This document shows positions 10,058 to 21,496 of a DNA stretch of 64,000 nucleotides, piece by piece; positions within the stretch are counted from its first letter, which is position 1; every line of letters starts with the position of its first letter. The position numbers and the translations under genes are program-made. Source of the DNA: a virus. Below the pieces are notes generated by a model, which was given only the letters and a program-made list of their open reading frames with translations, did no database searches and was not told where the DNA came from. The stretch lies in the IMG/VR virus record IMGVR_UViG_3300032323_002950, positions 8,497 through 72,496 of that record; one strand, 5' to 3'.

Positions 10058-11268
10058 ATAATTGATTTATAAAATTCTGCTCTATTTTTTGTAACCACTC
10101 TTAGGTCGTATCTTTCAGATACGTGTTCAAATAATCTTTCACCCATATCCTTAACCATATTTGGATTATCAATTAATTTTTTAATGTATTTTGACCAATC
10201 CGAATGGTTTCTTTGTTCATCAACCAACAATGCGTTACCGTCAACAAAATTACCATTTTTTAAGCAATGTGTCAAGTCAATGGTGTACGGTCCATAGTTT
10301 GATGCAATTAAAGCCTTCTTATAAAATCCTGCCTCAATAACTTTCAATTGAGATTTAACCTTATTAAATGTATGGTGTTTAATTGGTGCGATTGAGACAT
10401 CAAATTTAGAGTAGTTTTTTGCGTATGATGTAACAGGTTTTGTCCAAACTCTTAAATAATGTTTATCCATCTCATTCTCGTAAGATGTGTTTTCAAACTT
10501 CATTAAATAGTTTTTATAATCCTCATCGACTATTGAGTAGTTGTTTGTGAATATTTTTTCATACTCATACCAAACACTCTCATGTGGTTTAATTGGTCTT
10601 TGTTTTTGTTCACCTGTCTGTTGATTAATCTCAGTGATTGTTCCTCTTGTATCAAACCCACACAAAACAAATTGTAATTTGTCTTTTTTATCATTCAATT
10701 TAGCAACCATTCCATCAAGTAACATTAAATCATGTAAGTGAGATGAACCACCTAACCAACCAACTCTTAATCTATCAGACTCAGGAGTTTTTTCTTTGAA
10801 CTGAGATTCATTTGGGTCAATTGCATTTGGGAAAATGAATACATTTGGATTGTGTTTCATTATCTCATCTGCAAATAATGTTGTGGTTGTTGTTACATAT
10901 TTTGCTGCTTTAATGTTAGCGACAATTTTTTCATGAATTTTATTGGTAACAATAATTTGATGAAGTGGATGCTCTTTTCCTGGTAACCAATAATCATCAA
11001 TATCACAGATGGTTATGATACCTTGTGAATTTAAGTAATTGATTACGTCAACTGACTTATCCATATCTTGTCCAATACTTCTATGGAAGTGAACAATGGG
11101 ATACTGTTTCCAAAAATTAATATCATTAAAATCGATATCATATACAATATCGACATGAAATTCATCAGGATATAGATTTTGTAAAAAAATGTGAGGGTCG
11201 ACAGACCTAAATTTACCAACACCAGTACGGTCAGATGGGACAACTAAAACTTTAATTTTTTCTTTCAT
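10054..11268 (-). CDS. GT-B (GT4-like) glycosyltransferase
   Basis: DIDDYW, PNAID, VGWLGGSSH, KSQLKVIEAG, IASNYGPY. Confidence 0.8.
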   Translation of the reverse strand: MKEKIKVLVVPSDRTGVGKFRSVDPHIFLQNLYPDEFHVDIVYDIDFNDINFWKQYPIVHFHRSIGQDMDKSVDVINYLNSQGIITICDIDDYWLPGKEHPLHQIIVTNKIHEKIVANIKAAKYVTTTTTLFADEIMKHNPNVFIFPNAIDPNESQFKEKTPESDRLRVGWLGGSSHLHDLMLLDGMVAKLNDKKDKLQFVLCGFDTRGTITEINQQTGEQKQRPIKPHESVWYEYEKIFTNNYSIVDEDYKNYLMKFENTSYENEMDKHYLRVWTKPVTSYAKNYSKFDVSIAPIKHHTFNKVKSQLKVIEAGFYKKALIASNYGPYTIDLTHCLKNGNFVDGNALLVDEQRNHSDWSKYIKKLIDNPNMVKDMGERLFEHVSERYDLRVVTKNRAEFYKSII

Positions 11269-11285
11269 AATTGTTTTCTATTCAA

Positions 11286-11315
11286 CAATTATAAAGAAAT
11301 AAAAATAAAATTCAA
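11286..11315 (-). promoter_or_regulatory. Putative host-sigma (early) promoter for the GT-exonuclease-dut-glycan operon
   Basis: Minus strand TTGAAT-16nt-TATAAT; also readable as TTG-19nt-TATAATTG, one mismatch to the Bacteroidota TAnnTTTG. Confidence 0.5.
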
Positions 11316-11327
11316 TTAAAAGTCAGA

Positions 11328-11909
11328 TTATTTAATCTTTTTAATCTTCGTTACAGTACCCTCAAATATGTGTTTACCAACTCTGAATTGGAATGTGTCT
11401 TTTGTTTTAGACTCGGTCTCACTTAATATTCCGTGTTCGGATAGTATCTCCTCCAAAGTTTCTCTAATAACTGATTTTAAATCAGAGTTATTAGTTTTTG
11501 GTTGATTGTAATTTGTATTTGTTTGTTTTGAATTTTGAGTAACTCCCTTATCTTCATTCATTAATCTTGCGGCTCTTTCTAAAATATCGTTAGAGATTGT
11601 TGGAGAATAAGACTCAGGTTGTTTGATTGGGTGCTCAATCATTAATTTTTTAATGGCGTCAGGTAGTTTTGAATTTTGGATTCTATCAGGGGTCATTTGT
11701 GACGGTGTAATTGGTTTTGGTGTTGGGGTAGATGTTTCTAATAATTCCTGAGGTAAATTATACGTAGCATTAATTGGTTCCGCACTGTATAGTTCAGGTA
11801 CACCTATTGATGACTCGGAAATTGCTCCGTTTGTGTTTCTAGGGATACTGTTATGTTTGTCCATGATTTTCTTAGAAATCATTAACTTTTGTATAAAATC
11901 TTCGTTCAT
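11328..11909 (-). CDS. Hypothetical phage protein
   Basis: 193-aa ORF with coupled start/stop; no recognised motif. Confidence 0.7.
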   Translation of the reverse strand: MNEDFIQKLMISKKIMDKHNSIPRNTNGAISESSIGVPELYSAEPINATYNLPQELLETSTPTPKPITPSQMTPDRIQNSKLPDAIKKLMIEHPIKQPESYSPTISNDILERAARLMNEDKGVTQNSKQTNTNYNQPKTNNSDLKSVIRETLEEILSEHGILSETESKTKDTFQFRVGKHIFEGTVTKIKKIK

Positions 11910-12304
11910 ATTTCTTCTCCTGTTAATTCAAATTCAGCACATACCTTTAATCCAACCATTCCTTTATCATTTGGATTGTATAGTGGTCTTGGCTCGTTAA
12001 AATTTTCTCTTGGGTCGGGAGTATAACTACCCATCCTATCTAAACGGAACAACCTCCAACCTGGTAATGGTTGTTCTCCTGTGGATGATGTATGTGACGC
12101 CCCTTCTCTTTCAAACGCTCTTAAAACTTTGTTACCTTTTTTAGAAGTACCAACGCAAAAAGGTTCGATAACCCGTAAACCTCTTCCACCATTTTCGTCA
12201 CCATAATAATATATTGTAGTAACGTTTTTATTTTTAATGGAATTGGATACCTCACCAAAACTTACTTCTAAAATAATATCTTTTAAAACGTTGTAAAGTT
12301 TCAT
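11906..12304 (-). CDS. Stand-alone WYL-domain protein
   Basis: TIYY...RVIEPFCVG...VLRAF...GWRLFRLDRM; no HTH domain. Confidence 0.75.
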   Translation of the reverse strand: MKLYNVLKDIILEVSFGEVSNSIKNKNVTTIYYYGDENGGRGLRVIEPFCVGTSKKGNKVLRAFEREGASHTSSTGEQPLPGWRLFRLDRMGSYTPDPRENFNEPRPLYNPNDKGMVGLKVCAEFELTGEEI

Positions 12305-12310
12305 TTTATA

Positions 12311-12601
12311 TTATTGTGGGTTTGTATTGTATGGATTTTTTGGGTTAAATTTGTTCATTGCAAAATCCTCTGTTCTAATAATAGTATCTAATAAAGTACC
12401 ACCATTAAGAGTGTCTAAGTAAGTACCTGTACCTCTACCCATATTGTCTCCATCAGAGATTGCGTCAGGGTTAGTTTGAGAATACTCATTATCACTTATT
12501 GCATAGTCATTTTTAGTGACTAGTTCTTTTCTTTTTTGTTCCGCAATTTGAGTCATTTTATTTTGCGGTTGTGTTAATTCTAACGGAATGTATGTTGCCA
12601 T
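12311..12601 (-). CDS. Hypothetical protein (possibly virion)
   Basis: 96-aa ORF in a late-type operon; PDAISDGD..GRGTG. Confidence 0.65.
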   Translation of the reverse strand: MATYIPLELTQPQNKMTQIAEQKRKELVTKNDYAISDNEYSQTNPDAISDGDNMGRGTGTYLDTLNGGTLLDTIIRTEDFAMNKFNPKNPYNTNPQ

Positions 12602-12605
12602 AATT

Positions 12606-13055
12606 TTAAATTAATTTTTTCATTATTTCGTTTATTATTTTTAACTCATCAATAACTCTTTGTTCTAATTTTAAAAAAGAATTATCAGTTGCCGATGAAT
12701 GTCTTTCTGAACTTTTTCTATGTCTCTCAGATGGTCTTATGCTATTTTTATCTCTTTTTTCATGAGTGCTAATAAATGCATTTTCCTGACCTGATTTCAT
12801 TTTTGCTCTTTTTGAGGTTGTTGAGTTATCTCTATTTGTAGATAATGTGTTACTAACCCAGTTCTCAAAAAATTCTCCACCCAAAGAATCCTTTTCACCA
12901 TTTTTCATATCGTGTAAAAATTTCTTTAAGTTTGAATAAGAGATTTGTTTCTTATCAATTAAATTTTTAACCCTCTCATTTCCTGAATATGATTGTAATT
13001 TATTCAGTACGTTATCGGGTATATCATAAACTTGTCCGTAAAGTTCTCTATTCAC
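12606..13055 (-). CDS. Hypothetical protein
   Basis: 149-aa ORF overlapping the upstream gene. Confidence 0.65.
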   Translation of the reverse strand: MNRELYGQVYDIPDNVLNKLQSYSGNERVKNLIDKKQISYSNLKKFLHDMKNGEKDSLGGEFFENWVSNTLSTNRDNSTTSKRAKMKSGQENAFISTHEKRDKNSIRPSERHRKSSERHSSATDNSFLKLEQRVIDELKIINEIMKKLI

Positions 13056-13926
13056 CTGATTTTAAAATTTTAATTAACTCGTTTATTGATATCCCTTCTT
13101 TTTTTGCTAATTTCTTTAATGATGATAAATTTTTAGTAATCAAAGAAGTTAAGTTCTTTGATTTTTTTCTTATTTCACCGTCATTATCTTTTTTTTTATT
13201 TAAAATATCTTCCACCATTTGAAGTGCCTTTGTTTTTCTAGACTCTTCAATCTTTTCCTTCTCAACCAATGTCATTCTATCAATAAAATTTGGGTCATCT
13301 TTAATCTTCTTTGGAACTCTTTTCAATTTCTTTTTATGTTCCTCTTTATCAGGGGTCTTTCCTTGTTGTAAAGTTCTTTCCTTAGCATCATCAGGGCTCA
13401 TTCCCAATTCTTTAACATATGTTTTAAAAGTTTCAGGACCTGATAAATCTTCCGTTTCTTCAAATCCAAATGAACCTGATAAATCAATTTCGGACACAAC
13501 GTCATCACCCTTTTCTTCACTCTCCCCCCAATAAACACGGTAACCTCTCCAAATAGGATTTCCTGGTTGCATTGTTTGTACAACTTCTTGGTCTAACGTA
13601 CCTTTTGGAGCGAGCTTTGGATTTAAAATTGGAACACTCGAATCTTTAAAACTACCATTTGCGTCAACAATTTCTTCTAACTCATCTTTTGTTTTTAATA
13701 AAGTATTTTTGATTTCCTTCGTTGATTTATCTTGTCTTGCTTTAATAATTTTCTTTATTTCTTTTTCTAATTTTGGTTTGTCTTTTTTACTGAATTTTAC
13801 AACATCGTCATTTTTTCTAGACTCTGTTAAAGTCTCAGAATAAGAAAAATATATAGAAACATCGTCTTTACCTTCAACAAGATAAAAATAGTATGGATTT
13901 TTAAAATATTCTTTTCCGTATTCCAT
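13048..13926 (-). CDS. Hypothetical protein, highly charged
   Basis: 292-aa ORF preceded by TATTTATA; C-terminal LKKLAKKEGISINELI is weakly RHH-like. Confidence 0.7.
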   Translation of the reverse strand: MEYGKEYFKNPYYFYLVEGKDDVSIYFSYSETLTESRKNDDVVKFSKKDKPKLEKEIKKIIKARQDKSTKEIKNTLLKTKDELEEIVDANGSFKDSSVPILNPKLAPKGTLDQEVVQTMQPGNPIWRGYRVYWGESEEKGDDVVSEIDLSGSFGFEETEDLSGPETFKTYVKELGMSPDDAKERTLQQGKTPDKEEHKKKLKRVPKKIKDDPNFIDRMTLVEKEKIEESRKTKALQMVEDILNKKKDNDGEIRKKSKNLTSLITKNLSSLKKLAKKEGISINELIKILKSGE

Positions 13927-13940
13927 TTGGTTTTTTATTA

Positions 13941-13968
13941 TATAAATACACTAAAAAGTATATTTATC
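13941..13968. promoter_or_regulatory. Divergent pair of TATTTAT late-promoter motifs
   Basis: tataaata (13941-13948, TATTTATA on minus) and tatttatc (13961-13968, plus) between divergent ATGs 13926 and 13974. Confidence 0.65.
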
Positions 13969-13973
13969 AATAA

Positions 13974-15884
13974 ATGTCGCAGCAGAATATAAATCAATAT
14001 GTGTATAAAAAATGGTTTATTACTAATAGTAAGCCAATTTTTGATATTTCCTTAGCATCGGATGAAAGGGATTATAACGAAGAAGTAGTATTTTCAACTC
14101 AATTAATTGGTTTAAATGATGGGAACAGATTACCAATTCACTTTGATTTAAATAACTCAGGTTCGTCACAAATGATGACAATAAATTATGGTGATTATTT
14201 TACAGGTAATACATTAGTTTCTTTAAATTATTATAATCCAAATAATGATGATTTAAATTGCTATACCGCATCCACTTTATGTGATATAGGACTAACAGGT
14301 ATTGATAATGGATTAACCACACAAATCTCAGGCGAAACTTTGTACTACACAATGGGGTTATTTACAGGTACTTCTAAATGGGATAGATACCATTATGACA
14401 GAAGGATGAAGTATATTCAAATTACGGGTAATACAAATTCTGTAAATAGATTTTCAGGGAATACAAAACAAACAGTTTATAATATTGTTACAAAAACAGG
14501 AACTACCGAAGGATTTTATCAACAACTGTATGGTGGTTTTTATCAGGGATTTTTTAAATTACTTGGATATGATTATGAAGTATTCCCAAATAGAACTAAC
14601 AAAGGATGGTCGGCTGAAATGCTACTTAGACCAAGATTAGAAAATGAGTATTATCCTGAACCAAATCAAACAACTTTAAATGAAGTTTACCCTCAAAATA
14701 AAAACACGTTTTTTTATTTTGGAACAAGGGCGGAAAACAAATTTTACCACCACGCAGATGGATATCCATTAAGTGATAGTGGTTATACAAGAGTGACATC
14801 AGGACTATCCGAATGTTTTAAAACTTGTGCATGTTCAAATACGGGAGTTACAAATTCTAGATGTATTGAAGTTTATGAACCATTAAGATATACCGAACAA
14901 CATAATACATCGTGTAATTGTGGATGTAATGCAACAACACAAGTACCAAATGGAGATAAAAATCCATTTTTAGATACTTTATCTAATTCATTCTCTTTGA
15001 GATTTTCAGGAGACCCATCAAATCCTAAGATTTGTGTTAAAGTATTAAAATTTACAGGAGGGTGTGAGGTAACAGGAACTTGTCCGACAACGGGTATTAC
15101 ATACACAACAGGATACACAATTTCAGAGTACTGCTCAACTAATACAATTAACCAATATTGTGAAACTGTTAACCCAACTTATTTAAATCAAGAACATTGG
15201 TTACTTGTTGATTGTGTGTGGGAAAGAAACACTTACTTTGACGAATGTGATTCATATTATCGTGGAGGACTTGGGTTAATATCAAACACGTATTATGTCA
15301 ATTCTTTATCCAATAATACCGTATCGTTAATTGAGCCTCCTTTCACCCATACTGGTGGAACAATACCTGAACAAATTGAAGTAATTGATTTAAATGAGAA
15401 ATGGTTATCTGAGGTAGATTACAGATTAGGTAGTTTAAAAATATATGTTAATGGAAGATTGTTTTTTGTCATTAATGGATTTGAGGAGATTATACCAAGA
15501 GGATTAAATACTGAAAAAGAAAAACAGATTGGAGTACCATTTAATATTAGTTGGGGTGGAGGAACTCAGGGGTTAAGAGAAAGTTTAACATTATCAGGTT
15601 GTCCTACTACAATAGAAAATTTAACTTATCAACAAGATGCTGAATGTATGCCAAACGAGACATTATCAGGTACATCATTATCGGCTCTTACCACAAATAT
15701 TTTATTAGAACCGACATTTGCGGGAACATTTGAGGGAGGAATTTCTCAATTTAGAATGTATACTGAACCACTAACTTACGCGGAAATTGTACATAATTTT
15801 AATATACTAAAAAATAAATTTTATTTGTTTGATACAAGGTGTCCAGATTGTTCTGGACTAATTAATGATATAACGTATGGCTGA
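13974..15884 (+). CDS. Cys-rich LamG/concanavalin-A-like virion protein
   Basis: C-terminal LKIYVNG...[25 protein letters not shown] is typical of LamG-like folds; many Cys. Confidence 0.6.
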   Translation: MSQQNINQYVYKKWFITNSKPIFDISLASDERDYNEEVVFSTQLIGLNDGNRLPIHFDLNNSGSSQMMTINYGDYFTGNTLVSLNYYNPNNDDLNCYTASTLCDIGLTGIDNGLTTQISGETLYYTMGLFTGTSKWDRYHYDRRMKYIQITGNTNSVNRFSGNTKQTVYNIVTKTGTTEGFYQQLYGGFYQGFFKLLGYDYEVFPNRTNKGWSAEMLLRPRLENEYYPEPNQTTLNEVYPQNKNTFFYFGTRAENKFYHHADGYPLSDSGYTRVTSGLSECFKTCACSNTGVTNSRCIEVYEPLRYTEQHNTSCNCGCNATTQVPNGDKNPFLDTLSNSFSLRFSGDPSNPKICVKVLKFTGGCEVTGTCPTTGITYTTGYTISEYCSTNTINQYCETVNPTYLNQEHWLLVDCVWERNTYFDECDSYYRGGLGLISNTYYVNSLSNNTVSLIEPPFTHTGGTIPEQIEVIDLNEKWLSEVDYRLGSLKIYVNGRLFFVINGFEEIIPRGLNTEKEKQIGVPFNISWGGGTQGLRESLTLSGCPTTIENLTYQQDAECMPNETLSGTSLSALTTNILLEPTFAGTFEGGISQFRMYTEPLTYAEIVHNFNILKNKFYLFDTRCPDCSGLINDITYG

Positions 15885-18153
15885 AATAGTTTTTAATTCG
15901 GAAAATTTCCAATCGTACTCTTTTGATTTGTTTTTTTTAAACACTTCAACAAATGTTAATACCCAAATTGGTAGTAGTTTGAATTTTCCATATACCTATA
16001 CTTACGTTAATTGTTATACGGGAATTTTTTCTTTTTATTTTTCAGAAATTGACCAAACTTTAATTGTTAATTTTAGTTGTGAATCCCCAACACCTACACC
16101 AACAAAAACAGTAACCCCAACGCCATCAATAACTGCAACAATTACGTTATCAAATACTGTGACTCGAACTCCAACAACAACAACAACACCTACCAACACC
16201 CCAACTAATACTGTGACCAAAACCCCAACAAGAACTCCAACAGTAACTCCAACAATAACAATAACCCCAACAAACTCAGAAACACCTCAACCTTCTAATA
16301 CTCCAACAAAAACTCAAACCCCTACTAATACTCAAACCCCATCTAATACTCCGACAAATAGTGTTACACCATCTAATACAGTGACTCCAAGTAATACTTT
16401 AACAAGTACCTCAACCCCCACTAATACTCCAACAAACACGGTTACCCCAACTGTAAGTAGGTCATCTGAACCTCCCAATCCGTCAAATACCCCGACTAAA
16501 ACTCAGACACCAACTAATACTCAAACACCTACTAATACTCCAACTAGTACTGAAACTCCAACCAATACCCCAACTCAAACAATTACGGTAACAAGTACAA
16601 ATACTCCTACTATCACTAAAACAAATACTGCAACTCCGACAACAACCGAGACTATTCAACCATCAAACACTCCAACAAAAACTCAAACTCCTACTAATAC
16701 AGTCACCTCAACTAATACTCCGACTAATACTGTAACGACAACTAATACTCAAACTCCTACTAATACCCCAACACCAACAGTTACTTCAACAGTTACTCCA
16801 ACAGTCACTCCAACACCAACAGTTACAAGAACACCGGATGAAAGTCCAAATCCGACTAGTACTGCGACAAATACTGTGACACCAACTTTAACAGTCACTC
16901 CAACTAATACTCCAACAAATAGTGTTACGCCAACAAACACCATAACACCAACAAATACGTTGACTCCGACTAATACTGCAAGTAACACACCGACTAATAC
17001 TATAACTCCAACAAATTCTGAAACTGCACAACCAAGTAATACACCAACACCGACTAATACTCCGACACCGACTAATACCTTAACCAGTACCTCCACCCCG
17101 ACTAATACAACAACAAATACGGTTACTCCTACTAACACTCCATCAAATGAACCAATTAATCCCTCAAATACTCCAACTCAAACTCAAACTCAAACACCGA
17201 CCAATACTCCAACTAATACTATGACACCAACTAATACTCCGTCAATTACTATAACAAGAACTCCAAGTGGGACAAATCAACCAAGTAATACTCCAACAAA
17301 GACAAGTACGGTAACCCCAACTAACACCCCAACAAATTCAGGCACACCAAATGAAACTCCAACAAATACTCCGACTAAAACACCGACAAAAACACCTCAA
17401 CCAAGTAATACTCAAACACCAACATTAACAAAAACACCGACAAATACACCAACCAAAACCGTAACTCCAACAAATCAGGTAACCCCAACTCCGACTGCGA
17501 CAAGAACTCAAACCCCACAACCATCTAACACTCCAACCAATACACCAAGTAAACAAATTAAGAGCGCTAAATTTGTACCTGCGGTTGACACATATTTGAA
17601 TACTTCAACCAATTTTATAGTTAATAGAAGTTTTTTTATTTCTGATACATTTTATCAAAATTGTTCATTTACTATTGGAGGGTATAAGCCCGGTCCTATT
17701 ATAATTACAATGACTGTAAACATATTAGCGGGAGATACAATTAGTGATATACCTTCGAGAATTAAAAATCAGGCTCTTCAAATAAATGATGGAGGTCCGT
17801 TTGACAATTTAAATGGGGTTATGACAGTATTAACAATAGGGCAAGATGAGTATATTACCTTAATAATAACTGATGAAACTGACAATACGTGGTCATCAGT
17901 TACGGCAACATTTGCTCAGTTCCCAACAACAGGATATCAGTTTTCAAAAGTTCAAATTGGCACGATAGGGGTAAATAACATAAATTATCCAAGCGGTTCA
18001 TTTATTGTCGGCGAAATTTATTCGTTATCAACTGATGGAGCGTTTAATGGATGTGTTATTGTTAACCAAACAGAACAAGGTAATGTTGTCACATATGATG
18101 ATGCAACGGTAACTGGTGGACCATTCGATACTTTAAAAGATTGTACAGGATAA
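15877..18153 (+). CDS. Mucin-like Thr/Pro-rich putative virion fibre protein
   Basis: About 490-aa T/P/S/N repeat tract between small N- and C-terminal globular regions; no signal peptide. Confidence 0.8.
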   Translation: MAEIVFNSENFQSYSFDLFFLNTSTNVNTQIGSSLNFPYTYTYVNCYTGIFSFYFSEIDQTLIVNFSCESPTPTPTKTVTPTPSITATITLSNTVTRTPTTTTTPTNTPTNTVTKTPTRTPTVTPTITITPTNSETPQPSNTPTKTQTPTNTQTPSNTPTNSVTPSNTVTPSNTLTSTSTPTNTPTNTVTPTVSRSSEPPNPSNTPTKTQTPTNTQTPTNTPTSTETPTNTPTQTITVTSTNTPTITKTNTATPTTTETIQPSNTPTKTQTPTNTVTSTNTPTNTVTTTNTQTPTNTPTPTVTSTVTPTVTPTPTVTRTPDESPNPTSTATNTVTPTLTVTPTNTPTNSVTPTNTITPTNTLTPTNTASNTPTNTITPTNSETAQPSNTPTPTNTPTPTNTLTSTSTPTNTTTNTVTPTNTPSNEPINPSNTPTQTQTQTPTNTPTNTMTPTNTPSITITRTPSGTNQPSNTPTKTSTVTPTNTPTNSGTPNETPTNTPTKTPTKTPQPSNTQTPTLTKTPTNTPTKTVTPTNQVTPTPTATRTQTPQPSNTPTNTPSKQIKSAKFVPAVDTYLNTSTNFIVNRSFFISDTFYQNCSFTIGGYKPGPIIITMTVNILAGDTISDIPSRIKNQALQINDGGPFDNLNGVMTVLTIGQDEYITLIITDETDNTWSSVTATFAQFPTTGYQFSKVQIGTIGVNNINYPSGSFIVGEIYSLSTDGAFNGCVIVNQTEQGNVVTYDDATVTGGPFDTLKDCTG
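16081..17550 (+). repeat. Degenerate coding repeat tract (TPTNT/TPTVT/PSNTPT)
   Basis: Recurrent actccaaca/ccaactaat units; repeated [15 protein letters not shown]. Confidence 0.9.
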
Positions 18154-18209
18154 ATTAATTCTACTATTTAATTTATATTAAGTTGTCTCTATTTTTTGAT
18201 TAAAAAAAT

Positions 18210-19454
18210 ATGAGCATTTTTATTCAAATAGCATCTTACAGAGACCCTGAATTAATTAAAACAATCAAATCCGCAATTGAAAACGCGAAAAATCCTGAAA
18301 ATTTGGTTTTTGCAATTGCAAGACAATTTCATCCTGATGATAAATTTGATGATTTATCTGAGTATCAAAATGATGAACGTTTTAGAGTTTTAGATATTCC
18401 TTATTTAGAGTCAAAAGGTGCTTGTTGGGCAAGAAATCAAATCCAACAACTTTATAAAAACGAAAAATACACTCTTCAAATTGATTCTCACATGCGTTTT
18501 GCAGAAAATTGGGATGAGGGAATGATTAATATGATTAAACAACTTCAAAAGAAGGGTCATAAAAAACCACTTCTTACAGGTTATGTTTCATCTTTTAATC
18601 CCGATAATGACCCTCAGGGTAGAATTACCGACCCTTGGAGAATGACGTTTGATAGATTTATTCCCGAAGGTGCTGTATTTTTTTTACCTGAAACAATACC
18701 TGGATGGCAAGACTTAACTGAACCTGTAACATCTAGATTTTATTCTGCTCACTTTTGTTTTACTCTTGGAAAGTTTGCAAAAGAAGTTCAACATGACCCC
18801 GATTACTATTTTCACGGAGAGGAAATATCAATCGCCGCAAGAGCGTATACTCACGGGTATGACTTATTTCACCCTCATAAAGTTCTTATTTGGCACGAAT
18901 ATACCCGTAAAGGAAGAACTAAACAGTGGGATGATGATAAGAAATGGGTTGATAGAAATAACTTATGTCACAAGAAAAATAGAGCTTTGTTTGGAATGGA
19001 TAATGAGGAACCTATGGAACATGGAAAATATGGTTTTGGTAAAGTAAGGACACTTCGTGATTATGAAAAATACTCAGGTTTATTATTCTCTCGTAGAGCG
19101 GTACAACAAGAAACAATAGATAAAAAATATCCACCAAACACATATAACTACACATCGGAGGAAGAATGGATGGACTCATTTGCATCAATCTTCAAACACT
19201 GTATTGATATTGGATATTCGCAAGTTCCTGAAAATGATTATGATTTTTGGGCGGTTGCATTCCATGATGAAAATGATGAAACAATTTATAGAAAAGACGC
19301 CGATAAAAATGAAATCCTAAGAATGAAAAATGACCCTGATGGATATTGTAAAGTTTGGAGAGATTTCCAAACAACTAAACAACCAAAATATTGGGTCGTT
19401 TGGCCACATTCAGAATCAAAAGGTTGGGGACAAAGAATGACAGGTAATTTATGA
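18210..19454 (+). CDS. GT60-family polypeptide alpha-GlcNAc-transferase (Skp1/mucin-type GlcNAcT-like)
   Basis: IFIQIASYRDPE, SKGACWAR, LQIDSHMRF (DxH), FYSAHFCF, DPDYYFHGEE, WHEY. Confidence 0.85.
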   Translation: MSIFIQIASYRDPELIKTIKSAIENAKNPENLVFAIARQFHPDDKFDDLSEYQNDERFRVLDIPYLESKGACWARNQIQQLYKNEKYTLQIDSHMRFAENWDEGMINMIKQLQKKGHKKPLLTGYVSSFNPDNDPQGRITDPWRMTFDRFIPEGAVFFLPETIPGWQDLTEPVTSRFYSAHFCFTLGKFAKEVQHDPDYYFHGEEISIAARAYTHGYDLFHPHKVLIWHEYTRKGRTKQWDDDKKWVDRNNLCHKKNRALFGMDNEEPMEHGKYGFGKVRTLRDYEKYSGLLFSRRAVQQETIDKKYPPNTYNYTSEEEWMDSFASIFKHCIDIGYSQVPENDYDFWAVAFHDENDETIYRKDADKNEILRMKNDPDGYCKVWRDFQTTKQPKYWVVWPHSESKGWGQRMTGNL

Positions 19455-20551
19455 AAAATAGATATGATTTTTTAATAGTTGGGTCGGGTCTTTTTGGTTC
19501 AGTTTGTGCGAGAGAATTAACTGACTTAGGTTACAAATGTTTAGTAATTGATAAACGAGACCATATTGGGGGAAATTGTTTTACTAAAAAAATAGAAGGA
19601 ATTAATGTTCACATATATGGTCCTCATATTTTTCACACGTCAAACGAAAGAGTATGGGAATATGTTAATAGGTTTATAAAATTTAACAATTATAGACATC
19701 ATGCAATTGCAAACTATAAAGATGAATTATACTCCTTACCTTTCAATATGTTTACTTTCAATAAACTTTGGAATGTAAATACTCCAAAAGAAGTTGAAAA
19801 AATAATAGATAAACAAAAATTTAAAGGTGTTCCGACTAACCTAGAAGAACAAGCGTTATCATTAGTTGGTAGTGAAATATATGAAAAACTAATAAAAGGG
19901 TATACCAAAAAACAATGGATGAAAGACCCAAAAGACTTACCTCCATTTATCATTAAAAGATTGCCGGTTAGATTAACATTTGATAATAATTATTTTTTTG
20001 ACAAATACCAAGGAATACCTGAAAATGGATATACTGAGTTATTTGAAAAATTATTAGATGGAGTTGAAGTTAAATTAAACACAGATTTTTTTGAAGATAA
20101 AGAGTATTATAATTCAATATGTGATAAAGTAATTTATACAGGACCTATTGATAGATTTTTTGATTATGAATTTGGAGAATTGGAATATAGACCACTTAAT
20201 TTTGTTCATAAAGTTTTAGATATTGAAAATTACCAAGGGGTTGGGCAAATGAATTATACCGATATTAATGTTCCCTATACTAGAATTATAGAACATAAAC
20301 ATTTTGAAAATTCTACATCTGAAAAAACAATAATTACTGAGGAATATCCAGTTGAGTGGACAAGTGAATCTGAACCATATTATCCAATTAATGATGAAAT
20401 TAATCAAAAAACACTTCAAAAATATATTGATAAAACAAATAAAATTAAAAATGTAATTTTTGGTGGTAGATTGGCGGAATATAAATACTATGACATGCAT
20501 CAGGTGATAGACTCTGCATTAAAAAAGGTTGACGAAATAGTTAAAAAATGA
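19451..20551 (+). CDS. glf: UDP-galactopyranose mutase
   Basis: IVGSGLFG, HIGGNC, HIYGPHIFHT, YTKKQW, YFFDKYQGIP, EPYYP, GRLAEYKYYDMHQ. Confidence 0.97.
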   Translation: MKNRYDFLIVGSGLFGSVCARELTDLGYKCLVIDKRDHIGGNCFTKKIEGINVHIYGPHIFHTSNERVWEYVNRFIKFNNYRHHAIANYKDELYSLPFNMFTFNKLWNVNTPKEVEKIIDKQKFKGVPTNLEEQALSLVGSEIYEKLIKGYTKKQWMKDPKDLPPFIIKRLPVRLTFDNNYFFDKYQGIPENGYTELFEKLLDGVEVKLNTDFFEDKEYYNSICDKVIYTGPIDRFFDYEFGELEYRPLNFVHKVLDIENYQGVGQMNYTDINVPYTRIIEHKHFENSTSEKTIITEEYPVEWTSESEPYYPINDEINQKTLQKYIDKTNKIKNVIFGGRLAEYKYYDMHQVIDSALKKVDEIVKK

Positions 20552-21492
20552 GAAATTTATTAATACATAATCCTTGTAATGAACAAACAAGATATTATCG
20601 AGAATATAATTTGTTTTGGGACGAATTAACTGATGAATTAAAAAAAAATCATAATGTTAGTGAAAATAGATATTTTGAGGAGGCTCATTACAGTAGAATG
20701 AAAATTCAATTACAAAAAAGAATTCATGACTATTTGGAATTAATGGAATGTGAATATGTGATTGAGGATTTAGACAGTGGAGATTTTTGGATTTTATCAG
20801 TTGCTGAACAAATGACTGGATGTATTCTATTAGAACAATCAAATCCTCATCTTAAAAAAGTTTTATATTCACAATATATCCCTGACCAAATAGTCCATCA
20901 CACTGGTAAAAATGCTAACAAATATTTACCATGGATATTTTTCCAACAGGATGTGGTTGATTTGGAAAAATATTATGAAGAACGAAAAGAAAAAAATAAT
21001 TTAATACCTAAATTATTTTTTAAGGGAAATACTGAATATCGTCCAATTGTTAATTTTATAGATAAAGAAATTTTATCTGAAACTAACAAAATTGAAAATA
21101 AAAACTATTTTGATTATTTAAGTGACCATGAAATATGTTTATCAATAGGAGGTGTAGCAAACGGGGATTTATGTTATAGAGATATTGAGTGTATGGCAAT
21201 AGGAGTACCTATTTTAAGATTTGATTTTGTAACAACTTTAAATCCTGCATTAATTCCAAATTATCACTACATATCTATACCAATTCAATTAGATTTACCA
21301 AAAAAGAGAGACGTACTCAAGGATAGATTAGGCAATGAAACTCACGCTAAATTAATTGAAACCCGTTTTAATGAAATAATAAATAATAAAAACTTTTTAA
21401 ATTTTATTTCAAAAAATGCAAGAGAATATTATAAAAATTATTTATCTAAAGAATCCAGAGTTAAACATACTTTAAATTTATTAAAAATATAA
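20548..21492 (+). CDS. Putative glycosyltransferase (GT-B-like)
   Basis: KLFFKG, CYRDIECMAIGVP, LIPNYHYI, ISKNAREYY (GT90/GT47-like C-terminal pattern). Confidence 0.5.
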   Translation: MRNLLIHNPCNEQTRYYREYNLFWDELTDELKKNHNVSENRYFEEAHYSRMKIQLQKRIHDYLELMECEYVIEDLDSGDFWILSVAEQMTGCILLEQSNPHLKKVLYSQYIPDQIVHHTGKNANKYLPWIFFQQDVVDLEKYYEERKEKNNLIPKLFFKGNTEYRPIVNFIDKEILSETNKIENKNYFDYLSDHEICLSIGGVANGDLCYRDIECMAIGVPILRFDFVTTLNPALIPNYHYISIPIQLDLPKKRDVLKDRLGNETHAKLIETRFNEIINNKNFLNFISKNAREYYKNYLSKESRVKHTLNLLKI

Positions 21493-21496
21493 AAAA

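Noticed and set aside
16035-17138. Val/Gly-rich minus-strand ORFs (also 30005-30538 and 31920-32210)
   Set aside because: They are antisense shadows of the Thr/Pro codon repeats, which lack stops on the opposite strand.
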